From positions 1 to 60,629 of the forward strand of contig JAVKID010000003.1 of the NCBI GenBank assembly GCA_031459655.1: 60,629 nt of DNA, written 5' to 3'. The stretch is from Candidatus Fervidifonticultor octavus (GTDB taxonomy: Bacteria; Sysuimicrobiota; Sysuimicrobiia; Sysuimicrobiales; Humicultoraceae). A program made the translations under genes and the position numbers. The notes under the pieces were generated by a model, which was not told where the DNA came from, did not search any database, and saw nothing but the letters and a program-made list of their open reading frames with translations. Every line of letters begins with the position of its first letter. Position 1 is the first letter of the stretch. Positions 1 through 8,540 of this stretch are shown here, in pieces.

Positions 1-1
1 G

Positions 2-547
2 CAGGCGCTCGACCGCGGGGCCTACGGGGTGATCGTGCCGCTGGTCAACACCCCGGAGCAGGCCCAGGCAGCCGTCGCAGCCGCGAAGTACCCACCCGAC
101 GGCATCCGCGGCGTGGCCGGCACCCGGGTCACGCGGTACGGCATGGATCTGCCCGACTACTTCAAGACCTGGAACGAGCAGGTGCTGGTCGTCTGCCAGG
201 TCGAGACCACCGAGGCACTGGCGAACGTGGACCAGATCGCCTCGACGCCTGGCGTGGACGTGCTGTTTGTCGGCCCCAACGACCTCTCGGCGAACCTGGG
301 GGTCTTCCGGCAGTTCGATCATCCGGAATTCGTCGCAGCGGTGGAGCGCATCCTCAAGTCGGCCCAGCGCCACGGCATCGCGGCGGGCTACATGGCGAGC
401 AGCGCCGAGGAAGTGCTCCAGCGGATCGACCAGGGCTTCCGTTTCGTCGCGGGCGGAAGCGACGCGCGGCTGCTGGCGGGGGCGGCAGGGGCGATGTACA
501 AGGCGATCCGGGATGGGCTCGCCCAGAGGACTGTGGCCCCCCGCTGA
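2..547 (+). CDS. HpcH/HpaI-family aldolase, 5' end cut by the window edge
   Basis: ORF 29..547 stays open back to nt 2 in the same frame (QALDRGAYGVIVPLVNTPEQA...). The VPLVNT and QVETTEAL..VD.I....GVDVLFVGPNDL blocks are typical of HpcH/HpaI TIM-barrel aldolases. TGA stop at 545-547. Confidence 0.8.
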   Translation, partial: QALDRGAYGVIVPLVNTPEQAQAAVAAAKYPPDGIRGVAGTRVTRYGMDLPDYFKTWNEQVLVVCQVETTEALANVDQIASTPGVDVLFVGPNDLSANLGVFRQFDHPEFVAAVERILKSAQRHGIAAGYMASSAEEVLQRIDQGFRFVAGGSDARLLAGAAGAMYKAIRDGLAQRTVAPR

Positions 548-616
548 GGACCCGCCGGGAGGCCGCAGACCCGGCCGCCACCAGATCGCGACTTGGGTAA
601 AGCGCCGGAGTCCACC

Positions 617-1876
617 TCAACGCTCGGGTGTCCCTCGCCTTTCGGCCTCGCAGAGGCGCAGGGCCAGCCCGGCGTAGATGCGCGCGGCCACGTGGAGGTC
701 TGCGGTCGGGACATGCTCGTCGTCCGCGTGGGCCACGGCGAGCGATCCCGGCCCGAAGACGACCGACGGGATCCCGGCAGCCTGGAGGATCGCGGCGTCG
801 GTGAAGGCCGCGAGGACGGTGCAGGCGGCAGGCCGTCCGGTCACACGCGCCGCGGCGGCGGCGAGGGCGCGGACCAGCGCGTGGTCTTCCGAAATGGCCA
901 GCGGCGGATGCGGGATCTGATCGAACTCGGGCTCGTGGGCCATCTCCGCGGCGCCGGGCCCCAGCGTCTGCGCCACGACCGCCTCCAGATCCGCCCGGAT
1001 CTGCTCGGGACTGTCGCCGGGGAGCCACCGCTTCTCGATCTGAAACGTGCAGCGATCCGGGACGACGTTCCGGCTGACGCCGCCCTGAATCGTACCGATA
1101 TTGTAGGAGGGGCCCCCCAGGAGGGGGTGTGTCCGATGGCGCTGTGAGTTCCCCAGGTGCTCATCCAGGGCCACAATGAGCCGGGCCGCCTGCACGATGG
1201 CGTTGACGCCCCGCTCGGGCGTGGCACCGTGCGCGGCGCAGCCTCGCACCGTGATGCGGTAGCGGTCGACGCCCTTGTGGGCCGTGACGATCTCCAGAGC
1301 CGTCGGCTCGCCGACGACCGCAAAGGAAGCGGAGGCGCCGGTGCGGACCGCCTCGCGTGCGAGGGCGGCAGTGCCCAGGTTCCCCGTTTCCTCGGCGGCC
1401 ACGGCGGCCAGTACGATCGGCCGGGGCGGGCGCACCCCGGCGCGGCGTAGGGCGACTAGCGCGGCGGCCATCGCCGCCAGACCGCCTTTCATGTCCGCGG
1501 CGCCCCGGCCCCACAGCCGCCCGCTGCTGACCTCGGCGGCAAACGGCGGCCGGACCATCGACGACGACGGCGGCACGGTGTCCATGTGCCCGTTGAACAG
1601 CAGCAGGGGTGGGCCGTCGCGCTCGCCGGGCAGGACAGCCAGCAGATTCGAGCGGTCGGCTAAGACGGCCTGCCGGGTCACGGCCAGGCCTTCCCCGGCC
1701 AGCAGGTCGTCGAGCGCGCGGGCGACGCCGTCCTCCCAGCCGTGCTCAGCGCCGAAGCTGGGGATGGCCACCAGCCGGCGGGCCAGGGCGGTGACCTCGT
1801 CGGGGTCGATGTCAGCCTCGACCCGGTCCACGTTCAGCCGGTGCACGGCGTCACCTCGCACCCGCAGCCTACTCAC
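617..1876 (-). CDS. M20-family metallopeptidase (ArgE/DapE/acetylornithine deacetylase-like)
   Basis: 419-aa ORF with LLLFNGHMDTVPP, GRGAADMKGGLAAM and AAEETG metal-ligand blocks. GTG start at 1874-1876 overlaps the stop of the upstream gene. Confidence 0.85.
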   Translation of the reverse strand: MSRLRVRGDAVHRLNVDRVEADIDPDEVTALARRLVAIPSFGAEHGWEDGVARALDDLLAGEGLAVTRQAVLADRSNLLAVLPGERDGPPLLLFNGHMDTVPPSSSMVRPPFAAEVSSGRLWGRGAADMKGGLAAMAAALVALRRAGVRPPRPIVLAAVAAEETGNLGTAALAREAVRTGASASFAVVGEPTALEIVTAHKGVDRYRITVRGCAAHGATPERGVNAIVQAARLIVALDEHLGNSQRHRTHPLLGGPSYNIGTIQGGVSRNVVPDRCTFQIEKRWLPGDSPEQIRADLEAVVAQTLGPGAAEMAHEPEFDQIPHPPLAISEDHALVRALAAAAARVTGRPAACTVLAAFTDAAILQAAGIPSVVFGPGSLAVAHADDEHVPTADLHVAARIYAGLALRLCEAERRGTPER

Positions 1877-2387
1877 GGTACCGGCGGGCCCACTCCCCGC
1901 CCGTCCAGGTCTGCCAGCGCCGCGGGGTGATCTTGATCAGGTAGCGTGGCCGCCGCATGGTGCGCTGCGCATACTCGGGTCCCCGCTCCCCCATGTACCG
2001 GCGCGACAGCCTCACCGCGAGGGCCTTGAGCCGGGGGCTGTCGTCGGGTGCCACCGGACCCTCGAGGATCTCCGCCGTCCCCTCGACCAGGACGCGCGTA
2101 TGCTGCAGGTGCAGGTCGTCGGCGACGTGAAATGCCACCGCCGGGTTGTGCCGGATGTGCTCCACATAGGCCGACCGCTCCCTGGCCACCACATAGAAGA
2201 CGCGCTCGGCGGGATCGTACTCGTACCAGACAGGGACCACATAAGGAGTGTTCTGCGGGGTCACGGTAGCGAGCCGCCCGTTCCACGGTTGCGTGAGGAA
2301 AGCGGTCATCTCGGCTTCGGTCAGCCCTCCGAACCTGTCGGGAGGGACCGCCGCCTTCTCAGGAGCGGGCCCTGGTGCCGTGCTCAT
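1869..2387 (-). CDS. pyridoxamine 5'-phosphate oxidase-family flavin-binding protein
   Basis: Only the C-terminal 172 codons of ORF 1869..2831 look like protein (GRLATVTPQNTPYVVPVWYEYD...VFYVVARERSAYVEHIRHNP...). ATG at 2385-2387, TAG stop at 1869-1871. Confidence 0.75.
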   Translation of the reverse strand: MSTAPGPAPEKAAVPPDRFGGLTEAEMTAFLTQPWNGRLATVTPQNTPYVVPVWYEYDPAERVFYVVARERSAYVEHIRHNPAVAFHVADDLHLQHTRVLVEGTAEILEGPVAPDDSPRLKALAVRLSRRYMGERGPEYAQRTMRRPRYLIKITPRRWQTWTGGEWARRYRE

Positions 2388-3423
2388 CGACGTGATCCTC
2401 CACACCCGTGATGGCCCCGCTCTCCATGGCGCGCACGATCGCCGCGGCCACCCCGACTCCGTGGACGCTGTCGGCCAGCGGCGCGAGCGCCGATGGGGTG
2501 CGGGAGGCGACGCAGCCCACGAAGTGCTCGAGCTCGGCGCGCAGGGCGCCGACCACGTGCCCGCCGACGCGGGGGACGACGAAGAGATCGGGGGCATACG
2601 GACCCTCGTGACTCCAGATGGACAGCCCGCCCCCGTCGTCCAGGCGGGCGATCCCGGCCTCGCCGATGACTTCCACCGCCCCCACCCGGGTCCCAGGCCG
2701 CTCAGGCGGCAGGGTGTTGGCGGGGTACGAGGGAGGGAGGAGGAAGTGGCTCTCCACGACCGCCGTGGCGCCGTCGGCCAGCCACAGCAGGCCGCAGAGG
2801 CTACGCGGCCACTCCTCCCCGGGCAGGACATGGCCCGCCGCCGCCACCCGCGTGACCCGCTGCCCGGTCAGCCACAGCAGCAGATCGACATCGTGGATCG
2901 TGGCGCGAAGCGCCGGGTGCACCCCGATGCGGCCGAACCAGTCGGCGCTGACGTACCGGGCGCTGCGCACGTGGAGGACGCGGCCGAGCCCTCCGGCCAG
3001 GACCGCCTCGGCGAGCCGGCGGTGCGGGAGGCTGAACCGGAGGATCGTGCCCACCATCGCTACCCGCCCGGTGCGCCCGGCCGCCTCCTGGACTGCCAGC
3101 GCCTCGGGGAGATCCAGGGCCAGCGGCTTCTCCACCAGGACGTCCCACTCGCGCTCCAGGGCCGCTACGGCCTGCCGCGCGTGTTGATCCTCGGGGGTCG
3201 CCAGGACCACCGCGTCGAGGTCGGCCTCCCGGAGGCACGCGTCGAACGAGTCAAACGCCGCCACGCCCCCCAGCGCTCCGGCGACCTGCCGCGCCCGCTG
3301 CGGATCCACATCGCAGACCGCAGCCAGCCGGACCCCGGGGAGCGCGGCCAGGACCTCGGCGTGGAGGCGGCCGAAGTTCCCGACGCCGACGACGCCGACC
3401 CGGACGACACCATCGGGCGTCAT
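2359..3423 (-). CDS. Gfo/Idh/MocA-family NAD(P)-dependent oxidoreductase
   Basis: Rossmann N-terminus VRVGVVGVGNFGRLHAEVLAALPGVRLAAVCD directly after the ATG at 3421-3423. That ATG overlaps the upstream permease stop (ATGA). Confidence 0.85.
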   Translation of the reverse strand: MTPDGVVRVGVVGVGNFGRLHAEVLAALPGVRLAAVCDVDPQRARQVAGALGGVAAFDSFDACLREADLDAVVLATPEDQHARQAVAALEREWDVLVEKPLALDLPEALAVQEAAGRTGRVAMVGTILRFSLPHRRLAEAVLAGGLGRVLHVRSARYVSADWFGRIGVHPALRATIHDVDLLLWLTGQRVTRVAAAGHVLPGEEWPRSLCGLLWLADGATAVVESHFLLPPSYPANTLPPERPGTRVGAVEVIGEAGIARLDDGGGLSIWSHEGPYAPDLFVVPRVGGHVVGALRAELEHFVGCVASRTPSALAPLADSVHGVGVAAAIVRAMESGAITGVEDHVDEHGTRARS

Positions 3424-4319
3424 GGTCGCAGCCGCGGATCGAGGTAGTCGCGCAGGCCGTCGCTGAGGAAGTTCAGCGCCAGCACCGAGAGCATGATGAA
3501 CAGCCCGGGGAACAGCGAGATCCACGGCGAGATGGGCAGGAACTCCTTCCCTTCGTTGAGGATCGTCCCCCACGACGGTGTCGGCGGCTGCACGCCGACC
3601 CCCAGGTAGCTCAGCGCCGACTCGATCAGGATCGCATAGGACAGCGACACCGCGATCTGGACGACCATAGGCGACAGGACGTTGCGCAGGATGTGGCGCG
3701 TCATGATGGTCCAGGCGCCGGCGCCGATCGCTTCTGCCGCCTCGACGTACGTGAGCCCTCTCTCCGCCATCACGCTGGCCCGCATCACGCGAAAGAACAG
3801 CGGGGTGTAGACGACCGCGATGGCGACCACCACCGTCGTGGCGCCGGCCCCCAGTACGGCCGAGATCCCCAGCGCCAGCAGCACGGAGGGAAAGGCGAAG
3901 AAGACGTCCATGAAGCGGCCCAACAGCTGGTCGACACCGCGCCCCACGTAACCGGCCAACAGGCCCAGCAGCCCGCCGCCCAGGGCGGCGATAGCGATGG
4001 ACAGGCCGGCGATCCCCAGCGACACGCGGACCCCGTAGACGACCCGGCTGAACAGATCGCGGCCGAACCGGTCCGTCCCGAACAGGTGGGCGCTGGAGGG
4101 GGCCTGGAACATCCGCTGTGCATCGATCGCAATGGGGTGGTAGGGCGCGATGACCGGCGCGAAGGCACCCATCACGACGAAGACCGCCAGGATCAGCGCG
4201 CCGGCGGCGAACAGGGGGTTCTGGCGCACGCGCCGCGCCCAGACCCCGCCCCGTGCCCGCCGCGGGGCAGGCGCCTCGACGGACCGGTCTGCGGCCGGGC
4301 GGAGGACGCGGAGCATCAT
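3420..4319 (-). CDS. ABC peptide/nickel-type importer permease (DppC/OppC-like)
   Basis: C-terminal 299 codons of ORF 3420..5081: multi-TM, FGTDRFGRDLFSRVVYG and the EAA-loop-like YVEAAEAIGAGAWTIMTRHILRNV. ATGATG start at 4314-4319 overlaps the upstream stop. Confidence 0.9.
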   Translation of the reverse strand: MMLRVLRPAADRSVEAPAPRRARGGVWARRVRQNPLFAAGALILAVFVVMGAFAPVIAPYHPIAIDAQRMFQAPSSAHLFGTDRFGRDLFSRVVYGVRVSLGIAGLSIAIAALGGGLLGLLAGYVGRGVDQLLGRFMDVFFAFPSVLLALGISAVLGAGATTVVVAIAVVYTPLFFRVMRASVMAERGLTYVEAAEAIGAGAWTIMTRHILRNVLSPMVVQIAVSLSYAILIESALSYLGVGVQPPTPSWGTILNEGKEFLPISPWISLFPGLFIMLSVLALNFLSDGLRDYLDPRLRP

Positions 4320-5266
4320 CCGTACTGGATCCGCGGGTCGATCACGGCGTAGAGGAGGTCCACGAGGAAGTTCAACACCATGAACAGCGCCGCGCCCAGC
4401 AGAATGCTCCCCTGCACCACAGGGTAGTCCCGCTGGAAGATGGCATCCAGGAGCAGCCGGCCGATCCCCGGCAGGTTGAAGACGTCCTCGACCACGACGA
4501 TGCCGCCGAGGATGTAGCCCATCTGCACCCCGGCCACGGTGATGACGGGAATGAGCGCGTTCCGCAGCGCGTGGTGGGACACCACCTGCGGCTCCTGCGC
4601 GCCCTTGGCGCGCGCGGTCCGGATGTACTCCCGGCCGAGCACGTCCAGCATCGCCGACCGGGTCATGCGGCTGATCATGGCCGCCGTGGCCGTCCCCAGC
4701 GTCAGGGCCGGCAGGGCGATGATCTCCAGGTTCGTCCACGGATCCTCCCGCAGCGACACCCACTGGAGCGACGGCATCCACTGCAGGTGGATGGAGAACA
4801 GCAGGATCAGCAGCGTCCCCTGCCAGAACGCCGGGACCGACAGGCCCAGCGTCGAGACGAACCGGATGGCGCTGTCGGAGGGCGTGCCGCGCCGCACGGC
4901 AGCCAGCACGCCGAGGGGGATGCCGAGCACCAGCGACCAGGCCACGGCCAGCACGGCCAGCTCCGCCGAGACCGGCAGGCGCGAGAGGAACAGGGAGAGA
5001 ACGGGGCGGTTGCTGCGCCAGGAGTTCCCCAGGTCCCCGCGCAGCAACCCGGCCATCCACTCCACGTACTGCACGTACCACGGCCGGTCGAGCCCGAAGA
5101 ACTCCCGCAGGCTCCGGATCGTCTCCTCGCCCACCAGCGCGCTCTGCCCCAGCAACTGCTCCACCACGGTGCCCGGGATCAGCCGCATCATGGTGAACAC
5201 GATAGCGCTGACCCCGAGCAGCGTGGCCGCCATGGCGGCGAGCCGGCGCAGGACGTACGCGCGCAC
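4316..5266 (-). CDS. ABC peptide/nickel-type importer permease (DppB/OppB-like)
   Basis: 316-aa ORF starting MRAYVLRRLAAMAATLLGVSAIVFTMMRLIPG, with REYIRTARAKG; classic DppB layout. Confidence 0.9.
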   Translation of the reverse strand: MRAYVLRRLAAMAATLLGVSAIVFTMMRLIPGTVVEQLLGQSALVGEETIRSLREFFGLDRPWYVQYVEWMAGLLRGDLGNSWRSNRPVLSLFLSRLPVSAELAVLAVAWSLVLGIPLGVLAAVRRGTPSDSAIRFVSTLGLSVPAFWQGTLLILLFSIHLQWMPSLQWVSLREDPWTNLEIIALPALTLGTATAAMISRMTRSAMLDVLGREYIRTARAKGAQEPQVVSHHALRNALIPVITVAGVQMGYILGGIVVVEDVFNLPGIGRLLLDAIFQRDYPVVQGSILLGAALFMVLNFLVDLLYAVIDPRIQYG

Positions 5267-5275
5267 GCGGTGCGC

Positions 5276-6874
5276 CTACTCTTCGATCCAGACGTCCCTC
5301 AACCCGAACAGGAACCCTGTGGGATACGGCCGGAACCCCCTGACCTTCCGGTTCATGCTGTAGAGCAGGTTCGGCGCGTACAGCGGGATGCTGATGGGAT
5401 CCTCGGCCATGATCATCTGGATCCTATCGTAGATCGCCTTGCGCCGGTTCCGGTCCAGCGTCGTGCGCCCCTCGTCCAGCAGCCGGTCGACTTCGGCGTT
5501 GTTCCACCGGCGGAAGTCCATGCCCTTGGGCGGCGTGTGGTAGTGCCGGTAGAAGGCCTGATCGGGGTCGATGAAGCCGCCCCACTCGTTCATGGTGGGC
5601 ACGCTCTGCCGGGCGATCCAGTCGCGGATCCACACGCCGATGTCCACAGTCTCCACCCGCACGTCGAAGCCGACTTCCTTCAGGTTGTCGGCGATCACCT
5701 GCACCGAGGCGATCAGCGACGGGAAACCCACGATGTTGCGGATGACCAGCGGCACAGGCGGCCGCAGCCCGGCCCGCTGGAGGAACTCGCGGGCGCGGCC
5801 CACATCGCGCTTCTGGTTGGGCAGCCGATCCCGGGGCACCGCCCAGAACTCCATGGCGGGCGGGAGCACGCCCAGGGGCTTGCCCAGCCCGTCGCCGGCG
5901 ATGCGCAGGACCGCCTCCCGGTCGATCCCCACGGCGATGGCCCGGCGGACATCGGGGTTGCTGGTGGGCGCCATGTCTCCCATCAGATCGAGAACGACCC
6001 ACCGGATCCCCGGCGCCTGGACGTTGTTCAGCGCGCGGAGATGACGGATCAGGTTGAAGTTGACGCCGCTCTCGAACTGCGCCATGTCGATCTGACCGGT
6101 GCGCAGCGCGGCCACGATGGACGACTCGTCGGGGACGGCCTGGAACGTGATCCCGTCCAGGTAGGGCTTGCCGCGATCCCAGTAATCCGGGAACCGCCGG
6201 AGCACCAGGAGCCGGTTGGGCTCGAAGGTCTCGACCATGAACGGACCGGTGCCGACCGCGGCGTGCTGGAGTTCGCGGCCCGTCCTGACCGCGTCCTTGG
6301 GGATGACGGCGTTGTACTTGCCCGCCACGTTGACCAGGAACGTGGCCGTGGGCTCGTGGAGGACAAAGCGCAGCGTGTGGCGGTCGATGATGTCGATGCT
6401 CTTGATCATCACCAGGTCGCCGCGCCCTCCCGACCCGGTCCGGGGGTCCATGACCCGCTCATAGCTGAACTTGACGTCCTCGGCGTCCATCTCCTTGCCG
6501 TTGTGGAACCTGACGCCGCGGCGGAGGTAGAAGATGTACTCGGTGGCCGAGCGCTCCTCCCAGCGCTCGGCCAGTTGCGGCTTGGGGACCAGATCAAAGT
6601 CCACCCACACGAGGGTCTCGTAGAAGAGGAACTTGCGCCGCTGGTAGATGTCGGCACCCTCCAGGTGGGGCTCGATGCTGGCCGGCAGGGCTGCGCTCGC
6701 GAAGGTGATCCGGCCGCCGCGCCGCGGGGTCCCTGCGGCGGGCGCCGCCTGGGCGCTCCACAGGCGGTAGGGTGACAACACGCTCCCGGCGGCCAGGCCC
6801 AGCCCGGCGGTGCCGGCGAGCCTGAGGAACTCGCGGCGCTTGAGATCCCGTCCCTCCTGCGAGGGTTCGTCCAT
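5276..6874 (-). CDS. ABC transporter substrate-binding protein, family 5 (peptide/nickel type), Tat-type signal
   Basis: Only the last 532 codons of the 1064-aa ORF are protein-like. MDEPSQEGRDLKRREFLRLAGTAGLGLAAG is a twin-arginine signal. GGGAGGGAGG sits 5 nt upstream of the ATG at 6872-6874. TAG stop. Confidence 0.9.
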   Translation of the reverse strand: MDEPSQEGRDLKRREFLRLAGTAGLGLAAGSVLSPYRLWSAQAAPAAGTPRRGGRITFASAALPASIEPHLEGADIYQRRKFLFYETLVWVDFDLVPKPQLAERWEERSATEYIFYLRRGVRFHNGKEMDAEDVKFSYERVMDPRTGSGGRGDLVMIKSIDIIDRHTLRFVLHEPTATFLVNVAGKYNAVIPKDAVRTGRELQHAAVGTGPFMVETFEPNRLLVLRRFPDYWDRGKPYLDGITFQAVPDESSIVAALRTGQIDMAQFESGVNFNLIRHLRALNNVQAPGIRWVVLDLMGDMAPTSNPDVRRAIAVGIDREAVLRIAGDGLGKPLGVLPPAMEFWAVPRDRLPNQKRDVGRAREFLQRAGLRPPVPLVIRNIVGFPSLIASVQVIADNLKEVGFDVRVETVDIGVWIRDWIARQSVPTMNEWGGFIDPDQAFYRHYHTPPKGMDFRRWNNAEVDRLLDEGRTTLDRNRRKAIYDRIQMIMAEDPISIPLYAPNLLYSMNRKVRGFRPYPTGFLFGLRDVWIEE

Positions 6875-6901
6875 GACTGCCTCCCTCCCCATGCAGATTG
6901 C

Positions 6902-8539
6902 TTGGCCGAGAACCTTGCTCCCCTGATTATACGTCGTCGTCGCCACGTCAGGGTCCACGTGGGAAGAGGACCGGTCAGCGTAGAAACCGGGGGTGTGGAC
7001 AACCGCCGCCTGGAGGCCACCTGGACGTACCACAACGGCACCAAGCACTCGTATGCGAGCATCCGAGCCGGCGGCCACGGGCTGGACTGGGCGAACCAGC
7101 CGCTCCCGTACAAGATCTACTCGACGCTGGAGCCTCTGGCGCTGCCGCAGGACCTGTCGTTCCCCAGGACGGCCGCGCTGGACGCGATCGCGGCCGGTGA
7201 GACGGCGACGCCGGGGACGGCCCGGATGCCGGACCTGCGGACGCTGGCCGGCGTCCTCTACCTCTCCGGCGGGATCACCAAGCGCATCCGATTCTCCTGG
7301 GGACCGATGGACTTCCGGGCGGCGGCGTGCACCGGTGCGCTCTACCACATCGAGATGTACCTCGTCTGTGGGGACCTGCCGGACCTGCCGGCCGGCGTCT
7401 ACCATTTTGGCGCGCACGACTTCGCACTGCGGCGACTGCGCAGGGGCGACTTCCGGGTGGCGGTGGTCGAGGCGACGGGATCCGAGCCGTCGGTGGCTTC
7501 CGCCCCGGTCGTCGTCGTCCTCACGACGACCTTCTGGCGGAACGCCTGGAAGTACCGCGCCCGGGCCTACCGTCACGCCTTCTGGGATTCGGGAACGATC
7601 TTCGCCAACTGCCTGGCCGCCTCGGCCGCATACCGTTTCCCGGCCCGGCTGGTGTGCGGGTTTGCCGACGCGGAGGTGAACCGCCTGCTGGACCTGGACA
7701 CGCAGCGCGAGGTGGCGGTGGCGATGGTGGCCCTCGGACGCGACAGACCTGCCCCGTCGGCGACCCCGGAGATCACCCCGCTGGGCCTGGTCACCGTCCC
7801 GCTGTCGGGCGCCGAGGTGGACTACCCGGCGATCCGGGCGATGCACGCGGCGTCGTCGCTGCAGTCCGGCGGCGAGGTGCGGGCGTGGCGCGCAGGTGGG
7901 CCGCCGCGATCGTCCAGAGGCCCCGCAGCGTCTCTCATCCCCCTCCAGCCCCTCCCCGACCCCGCCCTGCCCCGCGACCCGCTCAGCCGCGTCATCGTCC
8001 GACGGGGGTCGAGCCGTCGGTTCCGACGGGAACCGATTCCCTTTGCGCATCTCTCGACCATGCTCGACCGAGCCACGCGCGGGATCGCCGCGGACTTCCT
8101 CGAGCCGCCCGGAGCCATCCTCAACGACCTCTACCTCATCATCCACGCCGTGGACGGGCTGCCATCTGGCGCGTATGCGTTCCGCCGAGAGGCCAGCGCC
8201 CTCGAGCCGATCAGGGAAGGCGACTTCCGCCGGCATGCGGGCTACCTGGCGCTGGAACAGCCCCTGGCCGCCGACGCCAGTGCCAACGTCTACTTCCTGG
8301 CGGATCTGGCGCCGATTCTGGAGCGTTTCGGGAACCGCGGCTATCGCGTCGCGCAGCTGGAGGCGGCGATCATGGGCGGGCGGCTGTACCTGGCGGCCTA
8401 CGCGCTGGGGCTGGGCGCCACGGGCCTCACCTTCTACGACGACGACGTCACCGCGTTCTTCTCCCCTCATGCGGCGGGGAGGAGTGTCATGTTCCTGACC
8501 GCGCTCGGCGTGCCCGCGAGGCGCGGGCGCCGCACGTAG
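6902..8539 (+). CDS. SagB/ThcOx-type (tandem nitroreductase-fold) dehydrogenase
   Basis: YHNGTKHSY....LDWANQPLPYKIY N-terminal block, with two nitroreductase-like halves (FRAAACTGALYHIEMYL... and YRVAQLEAAIMGGRLYLAAYALGLGATGLTFYDD). 6902 is only the first TTG after a stop; the true start is more likely GTG 6959 or GTG 6995. Confidence 0.7.
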   Translation: MAENLAPLIIRRRRHVRVHVGRGPVSVETGGVDNRRLEATWTYHNGTKHSYASIRAGGHGLDWANQPLPYKIYSTLEPLALPQDLSFPRTAALDAIAAGETATPGTARMPDLRTLAGVLYLSGGITKRIRFSWGPMDFRAAACTGALYHIEMYLVCGDLPDLPAGVYHFGAHDFALRRLRRGDFRVAVVEATGSEPSVASAPVVVVLTTTFWRNAWKYRARAYRHAFWDSGTIFANCLAASAAYRFPARLVCGFADAEVNRLLDLDTQREVAVAMVALGRDRPAPSATPEITPLGLVTVPLSGAEVDYPAIRAMHAASSLQSGGEVRAWRAGGPPRSSRGPAASLIPLQPLPDPALPRDPLSRVIVRRGSSRRFRREPIPFAHLSTMLDRATRGIAADFLEPPGAILNDLYLIIHAVDGLPSGAYAFRREASALEPIREGDFRRHAGYLALEQPLAADASANVYFLADLAPILERFGNRGYRVAQLEAAIMGGRLYLAAYALGLGATGLTFYDDDVTAFFSPHAAGRSVMFLTALGVPARRGRRT

Positions 8540-8540
8540 T

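Noticed and set aside
4253-6775. 840-aa plus-strand ORF. Similar giant ORFs lie at 21624-24677 (minus), 27125-29089 and 30227-32032 (plus), 46687-48372 (minus) and 41747-42676 (plus).
   Set aside because: They lie antisense to genes with unmistakable family motifs (ABC SBP and permease, cyclase-STAND, PFOR, DNA ligase, aminotransferase). They are Arg/Pro/Gly/His-rich with no recognisable motifs. These are typical shadow ORFs of a roughly 70% GC genome with few stop codons.
5276-8470. The 1064-aa minus-strand ORF taken at face value. The same applies to 13176-15686, 28013-32260, 32484-34706, 3420-5081 and 38552-40084.
   Set aside because: Only the C-terminal parts look like protein and start at ATG/GTG codons preceded by GGAGG-type sites or ATGA overlaps. 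The N-terminal extensions run antisense through neighbouring genes or intergenic DNA, so the ORFs were trimmed to internal starts.
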